DNA from: Antedon mediterranea
Taxonomy: Eukaryota > Animalia > Echinodermata
Reading direction: 5' to 3'
NCBI RefSeq assembly: GCF_964355755.1
Contig: NC_092675.1
Location: 6,443,812 to 6,507,811 of the forward strand
DNA: 64,000 nt
Position numbers and translations under genes: made by a program. The notes under the pieces were generated by a model that was not told the origin of the DNA, made no database searches, and was given only the letters and a program-made list of their open reading frames with translations. This document shows, one piece after another, positions 1 through 12,178 of the stretch; positions within the stretch are counted from its first letter, which is position 1, and every line of letters begins with the position of its first letter.

Positions 1-3000
1 TACCGATTTACCTGCTTTCCAATCCTTAGCCTCACCTCCATTCTTTTTGTCCAATGGGCAGTTGCAGTTTCTTGCAAGGGCTCTAACAAGAAAAAAAAAA
101 GAAAATGTTCTTTTAAATCTTTTTTTAGACTTAATTTATTCTCATATTATTTCGCCTTAATAAATTACTTACTGATTCATCTTTGTCAATTCTTGATCAC
201 ATGATTGTTCAGCGGTTCGTTTGTTTCCAGAGAGGTCACGACCTCCACTTCCTGTGTATGTAAACTCTTCACCATTATCCTTAAAATAGTATAAACAGAG
301 TGCAATTAATTCAATAATAAATAACCAATTAACACTGTGAACACATGGCAGAATTTCCTTTCTATATCATGCCATCGGGTCACTAATCTATTTCTTCTAA
401 TCCATCATTAACGTAAATCTTCTAATTGTAACCCTGGGTCATTATTCTTTGATTTTAGGGTGGGTTACTATTAGAAGGGGGGGGGGGGGTTACTATTAGA
501 ACTCTAACTTTATTTTATAAACTTAAAAACACTCAATCTTCACCCACTCCCGAGATCAACATGCATTATTTCCTTATTTTCAAAATACGGCTGCATCATA
601 AACGATCAATAGTTTTTGTGACTCTAATAGTAACCCCTAGATTGACTTATAAGGTGGGTTACTATTAGAAGGTGGGTTACTATTAGAAGGAGGGTTACTA
701 TTAGAAGGAGGGTTACTATTAGAAGGAGGGTTACTATTAGAAGGAGGGTTACTATTAGAAGGAGGGTTACTATTAGAAGGAGGGTTACTATTAGAAGGAG
801 GGTTACTATTAGAAGGAGGGTTACTATTAGAAGGAGGGTTACTATTAGAGTAGTGGGTTACTATTAGAAGGTGGGTTACTATTAGAAGGAGGTTACTATT
901 AGAAGGAGGGTTACTATTAGAAGGAGGGTTACTATTAGAGTAGTGGGTTACTATTAGAGTAGTGGGTTACTATTAGAAGGAGGGTTACTATTAGAAGGAG
1001 GGTTACTATTAGAGTGTGGGTTACTATTAGAGTAGTGGGTTACTATTAGAGTAGTGGGTTACTATTAGAAGATTGACGGTAATACATTCTTATAGCCTAC
1101 CTCATCATCTTCATAGCCACCTGCCAAAACAATTGAATAAGCACCTTCTATTTCACGGCCATGAATTCCTGCCACGTGAGGGCGGTGTATACCTACTTCG
1201 CTGACTTGAACCCTGAACTTCCACTGTGTTCCGACGTGTATTCCAGGTATTTCTCCAAAGTGATTGGGTGGTACAATGGTACAAATTTTTGACCGACCAA
1301 CGCATGCCATACCCTAAAAAAAAAAAGCAGACAATTTCAAGCAACACTTCAGGAACCCCTTTAAATGGAACATTACTTTTAAGTGGGCACTTTCCTGTGA
1401 AGCGAATGAGGGGTCTTATGAGCCTTTAACACAAAACGTGAAGCGGAAGTGTGGTTAAGCAGAAACCTGCCAAGGATAGATAAAAATTCTACGTGGGAAA
1501 ATCGCAGTTTTTCCGCTCACCGCTCGTGTAAATTGGCCTTTATGGCGCTGCACTGTTCAAACACACAACATCTAACATGCATTGGAAGTAAATCAAATAT
1601 AAAATGTGTTGAATCTACCTTTCCCCAATCACGTTTACAAGATGATTTCGACGACGCCATTTTGGCCTTCTTCTTGCTCTCCTTCAGTTTTTGACCAGCT
1701 TGCACCACTTCACTTGCATCATTTTTACATAGGGGACAATACCTTAAAAAACAATAATATTGCTTGGGTCCAATACAATCAACTTTGGCAAAGACAATTT
1801 TCTTTATTTCTTTCGCTAATCGAAGGTTTGCCCCATACTAATAAATACATTAAATACAAACAATAACACTGAAATAGCAAAAGCAATACATATCAATGAA
1901 ATTAGCATAATAAAAACACAAAAAAAACCCCATTAAGACTTGACCGTCTAGTCTAAACTAAATATCGAGAGACACATTTCTAATAGACACGATAGTTTCC
2001 ATAGCAAATCATATATTTGCTTGATTACATCACATTTTACAATAGGGAGGTTTCACAATCTTACAAATACGATAACGAATACGTCACGCACACGTATTCG
2101 TTTTTCGTAAGCCAGTAAAAATCTGTTTCGCATGGCAACGAAATATTGGGGGCCCCGTCCAAAATATGACTGCGGTAAATTTGAGCGAAGCACGGGTAAG
2201 TGTTGCTTGGTGCTTGGCTGCCTAGGCCTAGCGTAACATCAAAGCGAGTGAGGACTTTAAAAACTGCTATTTATCAAAATTGACTTGGCATTTTAGTAAA
2301 TTACTTTAGCAAATTATTTTCAATAAAAGTATAATTATTTTATAATCATGAATCATTCCTGATTGAAATGCAAAATGTGCAAAATAGCTCAAAAACTATA
2401 CTCGTTTTGTAGTTACGAATATGACTGGTGATATTCGTCAACACGAATACGCTTTACAAATATGGAATAGGTATCAGCTCAAAAGTTTCACAAATGTGCG
2501 ATGTATCCGTTTTCGTAAGGTTGTGAAACCTCCCTAATAACCATAAACTTACCATTCGTCAACATCTGGGATTGACGCAAGGGGCGGGTCTAGACAGTAC
2601 AGATGGTAGGCCATATCGCACTCGTCGCACATCAGCTGTTTATCAGGGTCTTCTTTCCCGCCACATTTATGACAGGCGCATTGCTTGCATTTCTTGTCTG
2701 GGTTATCTTTACAAACATTACAATCTGGCTGGTTAGTTCCTGCAAAAAATAAATAATAAAATATATTATATAATACCTAAATAAATTTCTGTCATTTGAT
2801 TTGACGATTGTGGGTCACATGGAATGCAATATACGCACTATTAAACGATCGTTTAATAGTACTTTTTTTTGTGTACAAAAAAAAAATCTGCTACCTTTTA
2901 TTCGATTCAAATGACAGGAATCTATTTAGATTTTATATAAAACAAATAATGAATGTTTTATATTCGTGTAATGGTACAAATAATGGCATTTAGCTGTCGC

Positions 3001-6000
3001 CTTGGTGATATATAACCTTTCATTATTCACCTTATGCCATTATTTATACCATTACACTCATAAACATTCATTATTTGTATAATATTATCTGTCAGCTGGG
3101 TGCAGTAGAGTTAAGGATCCATAGGAAGGAGTTGCGCTTATCTGAATAAAATATGTCTATTTTTGTGCTGTTGGTACAAATACTTTTTACATTATAGAGT
3201 ACTTACTTCTAACCGAGGATGGGTCTTCAAGATCAATGCTAGTTTCTCCGTATTTCTCAATTTTGTAAATTTCATCCGTGAACTTTATTTTGCAATCTTT
3301 TAGTGAATCACCAGCTGGGCCCAGAATAACGTCGCCTATCAGCTCATTAGACGTTCGACGAGATTTCTGAAGAAAATAATAAACAAATTATTTTGAGGTG
3401 GGCCTGGTATGAATGGAATACAGTAACAAACTATTACATAACACAAATAGATTCCTGTCATTTGATTGGACAATTGTGGGTCATATGATAAAACTTAAGT
3501 GCTTTTAATGTTCAGCATAACAATGTTTTGCGCATACTCCAGCGGCTTTGCGCATGCTCTATCTCTGTGTAATTCGGGGAATAAAACTCCAGACAATGCA
3601 TGTACACATTTTGACATTAATCCAGTATTTAAATATTGATTTCAAAAGTTCCAGTACCATAAATAACAAATTTTTATCAATATGGATAAAAAATATCAAT
3701 CAAATTTACCATGCTTGTGATTTCTAAATCATACCAAAAGCCTCGGTCAGCAGGGTCATCTGAATTGTAGTTTGCCATCACCAAATCGCCAACCTTCATC
3801 TCGTCCCACTTCAAAACTGTACGTGCCCGCGGCCTCATGTATTTGCTGTTCAAATTGGCAACTTCATTATCATCATACCTAACAAAATTTAAAGCAGAAA
3901 AATATTATTTCTTGGACCATAAAAATATTCTATCTAACTATAATTTGTTAAATAAGTCAATATTTTTATCCCCAAGTGAATAAAATCTGTACTTGGTTGA
4001 CCTCGTCAATTGTAAGTTTAAAATATTTATCCAAGCTATATATTAATCCAAAGGCAAATTACTGAAAATATGTCAGTGGCTGGATCTCAATGGAGATACT
4101 GTACAAAAAAAAAAGGCTAAATCAAAACGATAAAGTAAAACAGCCAGAACAATTAGCAGAGCTTTCAGGCAACACTAGCCCTAAATCAGTGCAAGTAAGC
4201 TATACATAATACATACCCCTCAAATTTTACATGATATATTAAAGATCCCTCTTCTGGTAAATCTATTCCATCCACTTTTGATTCAGTTTCCATGTCTTCA
4301 CATTTTTCTTCTTTCTTTTCCTTTTGTTCAGTGGTTTTCTCAACTGTCTCATTCTGATTTTGATCTACAATTTGTTCATTTGATTCTTCAGTTGTTTTAG
4401 GAGACTTAATTGTAATGCTTGTGATGCTTGCCTCAAACCAAGCACCCATACTTATATCCATGGCATCTACAATATCTCCAACCTGTAATAAACAGATTGC
4501 AATTAAAGTGCTACAAACAGATTTGTGTTTGGCGATACAAATGTTATTTGTAATAATTACATTTTCCTGGCAAAGTAAAAGACACACTGTAAGCTTAGCC
4601 TAGACTCATCTTTGCGATATCCTTACAAAAAATGAAATTTGTAATATCTGCCAAACAATCATACCAATAAGCAGATAAAATGAATTATATGGGCCTACTG
4701 ATCATAAAAAAATAGTAGAGCCGCTTTAGGGGACCAAAAAAATGTCCCTTAATGTAAGTCCATAAGTTATATAGTTTAGTTTGCTTAATTTGTTTCATGA
4801 GAAAGTGTATTTTTAACTGGATATAGGCGTCCCTCCCAAAGGACTGTATAAGAATTGAAGGAGAATTTGATTTTTACAATAAAGAATAGTTACCACATAT
4901 GTAAACTATCAAACAATGTAACAATGAATTATATAACTTAAATAATTTGACTATTGTACAAATACTACATTATTCCATTACAATACAATTATATTGTGTA
5001 TAAAATAGAAACATTGTTATAATGGTTAAATGTACTCAACCGTTTAACAATTATTTTTCACATTGCTTTGTTCCTTTATCTACAGTTGCTTAATACAAAG
5101 TTCAATGTTTTCCAGGACAATTACTAAGAAAGAAACACCAACTGGGATACATTTATATTTTATTTTTAACCACAAAATATTTCAAATTGTTTAATCACTT
5201 ACCTTGTAATGACCTCTAAGTTTATTGACCTCGCTACTGCTGGAGGGGCCATCTTCTGTTGCTATGGCTGCGTCGCCACTGTAGCTTCCGCTACCTGACT
5301 GTTCGGAGTCGCTAACCTCGGAGCAGAAACCACTCTCCGGTTTACCCTCCTCAGATTTTTCTTCATCGAGTTGAGGAGGCGGCTTTTGCACCATAATCTG
5401 TACGATTTCATTGAGACCAACTTTATAGTCAAACAGTGAGTGCCCATCAACAAGCTGAAAAATAAAAATGAAAAAAGAAATGTTTATATTTTATTATTAG
5501 AATCTGGCCAAATCCAAAAGCACAATATATTACAACAAAACATCACACCACATGTATGTAAACATGAGGGATAGTTTACTTTAAGAGTAGTTGACCTCAT
5601 GACCTTGCAGCTGCAAAATAGGGAATTTTTGTGATCATAAGGATAAAAACACAAAAAAAATAATGTTTAACAAATTTTGTTTAAATGCTATACAGTACAT
5701 TAATTAGAAAGAATGCAACTATTATGCCGCACTACTAAAGTTTTCCTTAAACTTATATTCAAGGCTTGTATAGCAATTAAAACTCAACACAAAGGTTTGT
5801 TTCTGGTTAAGACATTACAAATCATGTGGGCATATAAATAGGTCAGAAGGCCACAATGGTAAAGTTACTACATACAGAGATCAGATTCACACACAACATT
5901 TCGCATGAAATTCAGTACATTTGGCAAGTATCCCAAAAATACATTTTTGCAGTGATCAGGTAAAGATGACATTCTCAATAGACTTTATATATGAATTACA

Positions 6001-7346
6001 TATCATTGGGGAAAAAGAGAATATAAAGGTTGATATTTTATACAAATTCAATGCTGTTTTTCAAATGGCTATAACATTAGGCAATAATGTGAATGGAGAA
6101 TAGAAGATGGTATTTTGGCAAAGAGGATTGATAAAAGCCGAGCTGGTTTAAGACTAGTGGTTAGACATTAGGTCAAGGTTCAAGGGTAATACTAATAGAT
6201 GATCCGGAACACAGCCCAATTGTTAAGGGCCCACCTGCCACCTCAAATCGGTCAACAATTTTTGAGAAATTATTCAGATGATTAGGTTAATAATTTAGGA
6301 ATAAGATTCAGTTTGTAATTTAGTTATTGGACAGATCGTTGCCAACATTCCTGTATTGATGGCCGGGAGATTTTGGACTCGTCTCTCTGCCTACCAACGT
6401 GCTCCTGGCTTTCAATTTTTTTTCTAGTATTAGAAAAATAACTGAATTTTTATGTATATGTTTTTTGCAAAATAACAACAATTTTCAAACACAAATTTAC
6501 GATATTTATTCCACTGTACGGACCATCTGCAGCCATTATTATTATTATTAAACTAGACTGCTTTGTCACACTGGGCTCCCCTCACCTTCTGGTGTCTATA
6601 ATAAATGGAGGGCGACGTTCAGATAAAAAAATTACCACCTCCCAAATTTTGTAGGCATGTATGTTGTTTGCTGATTTTGTGTTAGAGATTATTTAGTGGG
6701 TTAGGCCCCCAACTTTCTGTGGTCACGACAGTTGCAATTGCGTAATCTTAATCCATCTATCAAACTCTTGATTCGGTGATTTTATTGGTCTGTCCCAAAT
6801 CCTAGTCTATAGTACTTTACCATTCGATATATTAAAAAAATCTATGACAGCAATTATTTTTTTGCAGACCCAGGTTACATGGATCTGAAGCGACAGATGA
6901 AATTGGTCAAGTTTTATTTCGGACGTGATAATTGTCTTACTAAAAGCAGAGCACTAAATAAGAAAGACATCCCCCGCAGTCTTGTATAAGGGGAACGAGC
7001 ATAGCAAGAAAACCAGAAAATATTGGTTCCACTGAAAAAAAAGACCTCGTCTGTCTGAAAAACAAAATACTGTAAGACGGTATATCACACAAAATTTGTC
7101 AAACATCATAAATGATTATCATTAATAAACATTACAAAATAATATATAGACTCTAAAGAAACTGAAAATAATACAATTTGAAAAACAAACCTGTTTGCCT
7201 CTAAAAAACAGGCGTTGATGTTCAGGTGGTGCATTGAATTCCTCAACGAGTTTTTCACGAAGTTCTTCAATTTTCGTAAGCTTCGAGAGGCCATCCACTC
7301 GAATAGACTTTTTACCATCAACAAAACCTCTCACTTGGATCCACAT
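1..7346 (-). CDS. UHRF1: E3 ubiquitin ligase UHRF1 (UBL, tandem Tudor, PHD, SRA); 3' part outside the window
   Basis: Exons (minus): 7346-7191 [22 protein letters not shown] (UBL); 5454-5203; 4482-4217 ([18 protein letters not shown], Tudor); 3878-3710 ([16 protein letters not shown]); 3366-3207; 2739-2553 ([16 protein letters not shown]); 1742-1619 (RDWGK); 1313-1101 ([31 protein letters not shown]); 279-173 ([17 protein letters not shown]); 82-<1. All GT-AG with matching phases. Confidence 0.97.
409..1081. mobile_element. Tc1/mariner (pogo/Tigger-like) MITE with expanded subterminal repeat
   Basis: Left end TA-ACGTAAATCTTCTAATTGTAACCC matches the reverse complement of the right end GGGTTACTATTAGAAGATTGACGG-TA; TA flanks at 409-410 and 1080-1081. 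Confidence 0.6.
651..1070. repeat. Minisatellite, ~18-19 bp unit GGAGGGTTACTATTAGAA, more than 20 copies
   Basis: Directly visible tandem array with GTAGTGGG / GGTGGG variants. Confidence 0.95.
2044..2535. mobile_element. MITE with 3-bp TSD (PIF/Harbinger-like)
   Basis: TIR AGGGAGGTTTCACAA..TTGTGAAACCTCCCT, flanked by AAT on both sides; diverged second copy at ~21922-22340. Confidence 0.75.
4045..4197 (-). repeat. Penelope-like (pLTR) fragment with degenerate hammerhead core
   Basis: Homologous to 11808-11958; minus strand reads GCA-CTGATTT-AGGGCTAGTGTTGCCT-GAAAGCTC-TGC. Confidence 0.65.
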
Positions 7347-7546
7347 CCTGATTTATTTCGCTAAAACTCTCTTTTGTAAAATGGATGTGTACTTGATCCT
7401 CAAGTTGTTAATCAGACATGAACTATTCTTCAAGAATGTTTCAACGTTCTATATAGCCACTTTTTTCCCAGATAATCACAACACAACGCTAGCTATAAAA
7501 ACGTAACAACAACTGAGACCTCGCACAGATTACACATGTAGCAAGT

Positions 7547-7555
7547 GGCGCGAAA
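7547..7555 (-). promoter_or_regulatory. Canonical E2F site in the UHRF1/PNKP divergent promoter
   Basis: GGCGCGAAA = TTTCGCGCC on the minus strand, ~200 bp upstream of the UHRF1 ATG; vertebrate UHRF1 is an established E2F target. Confidence 0.6.
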
Positions 7556-8026
7556 GGTCTTAAATGACCTTATTATAATTATGGTATCCAGACGTTGTTT
7601 AGACATAGGCCTATACACTATAAGTCAAATTTTTTTACATTTTCCGTATTGTTTATTATGATAAATCAATCATAATTTCAATTATATTTTAGATATTTCT
7701 TATACATATACTAACGCAGTCAATATTAGTATCATAATTTTCAAATAGGTAATCATCAATGATTATTTTATTCATCAATTTTAATTCTGTGCTAAACTAC
7801 TCCACAATTGCCTAGAGACTAGTATAGGGAATATTTTTTAATAAAATCCAATAGATTTTTGGATTTTTAAAGCTATTTTTGTACTCCAGTTCTTTATTAT
7901 TGTTTATTTTACATGCGTAAAATATAATCAATGGAAATATGAATAAATAGACATGAAAAATAGCAAAGTTGGTTTAGTGATTCCGTAAAAACGGCTGTTT
8001 ACAGAGTCTATTAAAACGACCCCTGG

Positions 8027-11000
8027 ATGTTGTCGATGTTGCGGAGGGTTGTTTACAAAGTTGTGCAGGATAAACTGTTGGTTTTACATTTCGGTATCGC
8101 TAATTTCGTTGGTTTATGTCAACAATAATATGTGCACCTAATACTCAAATAGTTAAATTATTTATATAAATATTAATCAACTAAGTTGTGTTTTATTAGG
8201 GCTAAATAAAGCCCATGTTAGTTGTAAGCTAGGGCCTAGCTAAGATAAGCTAGCTTTGCTAGGCCTTGCATTTTATGCCATTTTATTTTTTTAATAGAAA
8301 GTAAGCCTACATTCCTTCCATTTTAGCCTTTTGTAGATAGCTAGTTTAGTAAGCTAGGGAGGCTAGCCTATGCAGGTTCTGGCACCTGAACCCTTTATTG
8401 AAATACATGGCTAGCTAGCAGTACTTAGTAGTAGCAGTGGAATTAACATGGTCTCATAATGGGTACTTCCTGATAAATATATAATCAAGAAATGATGACG
8501 TACAGTACTAACATAATGTACAGTACTAGCTAATCTACAGATTCACGGTTGACCATGCCTAAATAAAACTTTTAATTACTATGATCATGCCAACAGCGTC
8601 ATCCCTCTACTTGAAGTAAGTAAAGCTGTAAAATATATTAATAACTTATATTTTATACTTTTTATCCAAGCTCAAGCAATGTCGACCGGGAAAAGAAAAA
8701 AACTGAATATGGCAGATTCAACAGGCAACCAAACAGACACTCGTAAAAAATCCAAAAAAGGCGGGAAGGTTTCACAGGATGATGTTGACCATGATAGTGC
8801 ACATTGGACAGACCTAGGCCAGCCATCTGATAAAGGTTTGACACCGGTTTTAATGTACAATGGACCAGGTATTTCTGGATCGAGTAAAATTGCGGGATTT
8901 GATCTTGATTACACGTTAATACGTCCAAAAAGTGGTCGCAAATGGCCTACAGGTACTTTGACTCCAAAAGGGTATATTGCTATTTTAATTGTTATTCACT
9001 AATTTAACATATAATTCAGTACATTATTCTCTATACAACATTGTCAAAATAAAAAACAGCTATTTCCCCATACAATATTAAAATTAATAATAAAAAGTGT
9101 ACTGTGTACCTTACCTCTGTGCAGTTTGATACTTAATTGTCTATTTAAAACACAGTATACAGTGAAATACTACAGTCCTTTGGGACACCCCTATTCAGGG
9201 GATACTTTTTTATGAGCAAGGGAATTATTATAGATATGGGCCACCCTCTATTCAGTTAACAGAGATTCTACTCTATATTGAAATTTTCTGACAAATTTGT
9301 CCTACTTTTTAGGTCCAAAAGACTGGCAATTTATGAATGATGAAATTAAACCAAAGTTACAAAATATTCATCATGATGGTTACAAAGTTGTGATCTTTAC
9401 TAATCAACGTGGGATTGAAAAACAACACACCAACATTAAGCATTTTAAGACGAAATGTGAAGATATCATTTCAGCCATTGACATTCCTATTCAGGTAATG
9501 TAGTACCTTAATGCTTATATTTCACTTGTGAACATTTTTTTCAGATTTCTAATTAATATAAACATCAGAGTAAGAATTCTCAAAGATGGTGGTTAATGGA
9601 GTGTGACCTGGAAAATGTTTGTATACAGCAATTAAAAAATAGCAAAGTTAGCTACAAAATCTAGCTGGAAAACCCTTAAAATGTATCATTGGAACCTTTA
9701 AGAAGACAGTATAAAGGATGAATAAATAGGTATTATTTATTTATTTCAGGTTTTTGTATCAACCAGCGAAAGCCACTACAGAAAACCAAGCATAGTGCTC
9801 TGGGAAACCATGACCGAAAATAATGAAAACATCTCAGTAGATTTAAATGAATCCTTCTACATCGGTGACGCAGCAGGAAGACCCAAGGCGTGGTCTTCTG
9901 GTAAACCTAAAGACTTCTCCGCAAGTGATCGAATGTTTGCTGCAAATGTAGGGATCAAATTTCAAACTCCCGAAGAGTATTTTCTAGATGAGAGTCCGAC
10001 TGAATTTGAGTGGCGGTCAATTGATCCAAAAAAGCATCTTGATATTAAGAAAATAGATGCTGTTGAACCAAAGGTAAATATAATGTTATATGTTAATTAT
10101 ATGTTTATTGTTATTTCAATCATTTCATCATCTGGTGCGGTCATTAATAATAATAATTACCACATTTCTATAGCGCCCTTTTCGTGAATAATCGTTCAAA
10201 GGCCCTTTACATTCATTTTTTGGATTAAACATGTATGAAAACATACTCCCATAATGCAGCTACAGTAGTAATTAGCGCAAAGTTGTGTCTTGATCTAACC
10301 GGGTACCAATTTTATACACCTGGGTAGAGAAAGGCAACTGTAAGTAAGTGTCTTGCCTAAGGATACAAGCAATATGCGGCAGGAGTTGGATTTGAACCAC
10401 GATATCACAATCACAACACACACGCCCTCATATTAGATCACTATAGAACTGAGTGAACAACTTAAGCAGCAGATTTATGATGTTGGGAAAGAGGGTCTTT
10501 CTCCTCTCCAAAAAACTTTTCCTAAAGGCCCTTTTTTAGCTTAAAAAAGCAGGGCAGGGAAGAGATAAGATCAACAAGTGCGGAGAGCATAGTGAGATAT
10601 AGTATTCCGAGAAATGTCCACTCGGCCAACTAACATGCTGCGAAATCGGTATTGCAATTAAATAGCATTCTACACAAATTATGACAATTTGGGCAGTTAC
10701 AAAAGCATTGATAAAACAATAAATAAATAAATAAATAAATGATGTTGGAATATACTGTATTAATGTACGTGTGTATATGTTTATAAATAATTAGTAATTG
10801 TTAGATGTATAGTATTAGTAATTATAAACTTTTATTTTGAAGGATAAAGACTTAATCATTATGGTAGGACCACCAGCTTGTGGGAAAAGTGCATTTTATC
10901 GAAACTACCTTGAGAAACATGGCTATGTACGAGTAAACCAAGACACACTGAAGACCCAAGCCAAATGCCTCGCCCTTGCATCTGATTCAATTAAAGGTGG

Positions 11001-11480
11001 CAAAAGTGTTGTTATTGACAATACCAATCCATCATCAGTGACCAGGGAGGCTTACATTCAAGTTGCTAAGAAAAACGGTTAGTTTATTTCATGTAACGAT
11101 GGTTTGATAATAAATGACATGACATGACATATTCTAATTAATTAAAGTATGTCAGCGCGCACCGTATAGAGTAGTAAGTAATTATCCAATTATAGTCATA
11201 CACTTCACTCTACATCTCACTACAAATTTCAGGTTATGGAGTAAGATGCGTTGTCATGGATGTGCCTGTGGAACTAGCCAAACATCTAAACTACGTCAGA
11301 CAAAACTATACTAAAAGTGCAGTACGGCGAATTCCAAACGTGGCGTATAACATGTATAAGAAAAACTTTACCGAACCAAAAAAATCAGAGGGTATAGATG
11401 AGATTTTTCGCTTACCCTTTTTGCCTCATTTTCAAGATGAGGATCATAAAAAGTTATTTCTGCAATGGACAGATTATTAA
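8027..11480 (+). CDS. PNKP: Bifunctional polynucleotide 3'-phosphatase/5'-kinase (PNKP-like, no FHA domain)
   Basis: Exons 8027-8093 (putative), 8671-8952 (ATG 8679; AGFDLDYTL HAD DxD motif), 9313-9494 (VIFTNQ), 9750-10073 (RKP; FYIGDAAGR; KDFSASDRMFA), 10843-11077 (GPPACGKS P-loop; VNQDTL; VIDNTNP), 11233-11480. Exon lengths sum to 1338 nt, in frame. Confidence 0.93.
10145..10445 (-). mobile_element. tRNA-derived SINE with Deu/Nin-like central domain
   Basis: B-box complement GGATTTGAACC, core TACACCTGGGTAGAGAAAGGCAA..AAGTGTCTTGCCTAAGG, (AAT)n tail complement. Related copies at ~15490-15605, ~18715-19015, ~43540-43720. Domain name from recall. Confidence 0.65.
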
Positions 11481-11912
11481 ATTGGGTTTTTTTTGTTTTT
11501 TTTTACATTTATTATTTGTTTACAGTACTTTTAACTTTTCTGAGGTCGCACTTGGCTTGTTTCAAAGTGTGTTTTTAAATTATATAAAAAAAATGATTAG
11601 ACATTTTATGAAAGTCTTAAGTATAAGTATTCAGGTTTTGGGATTGTATACTTAATTATGTATTATTTATGTATGGTATGATAGTAGTAGTTTTTCTTTT
11701 GTATATAGTTACCGTCTCAATCATTCTAGAACTAGAAGGTGGAGTGGGGGTGGAGGGAAAGGTACCTGGGGTGGGGCTATTTATTTTAATCTGTATATAT
11801 ATATATAAATCCAAAGGCAAAGAAAAAAAATTACAATGCCGTGGGTATCGGTGGCTGGATCTCAATGAAGATACAAAAAAAAGTGAAATGCTAAATCGAA
11901 ACGATAAAGTAA

Positions 11913-11958
11913 AGTTAGCAGAGCTTTCGGGCAACACTAGCCCTTCATCAGTGCAAGT
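11913..11958 (-). ncRNA. Minimal type I hammerhead ribozyme motif (Penelope-associated)
   Basis: Minus strand ACUUGCA-CUGAUGA-A-GGGC-UAGUGUU-GCCC-GAAA-GC-UC-UGCUAACU: intact CUGANGA and GAAA core, helix II GGGC/GCCC, short helix I GCA/UGC, palindromic AGCU at helix III. Confidence 0.7.
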
Positions 11959-12099
11959 GAAAGTACTTTGACAAAGATAGATCTGTATGTGTATATACAT
12001 CACAGGCACAGAATAAATTCTAAACCGCCCAGTGATATACTGAAATTTAATTAATTAATTTGAAACGATAAAGATGAAGAAATCTGTGAGAATGAGAAA

Positions 12100-12178
12100 A
12101 AGTCGCCCCAACTAAGACTCGAACCCGAAACCTTCCGCTTGATATGCAGATGTCCTAATCATTAGACCACTGGGGCTT
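12100..12178 (-). mobile_element. tRNA-derived SINE head or tRNA pseudogene
   Basis: Minus strand GCCCCAGTGGTCTAATGATTAGGAC..GGTTCGAGTCTTAGTTGGGGC: A box, B box, paired GCCCCA/TGGGGC ends; arms degenerate. Confidence 0.55.

Noticed and set aside
651-1070. Interstitial telomere (GGGTTA-containing)
   Set aside because: The unit is ~18-19 bp and matches the flanking transposon terminus; it is not (TTAGGG)n.
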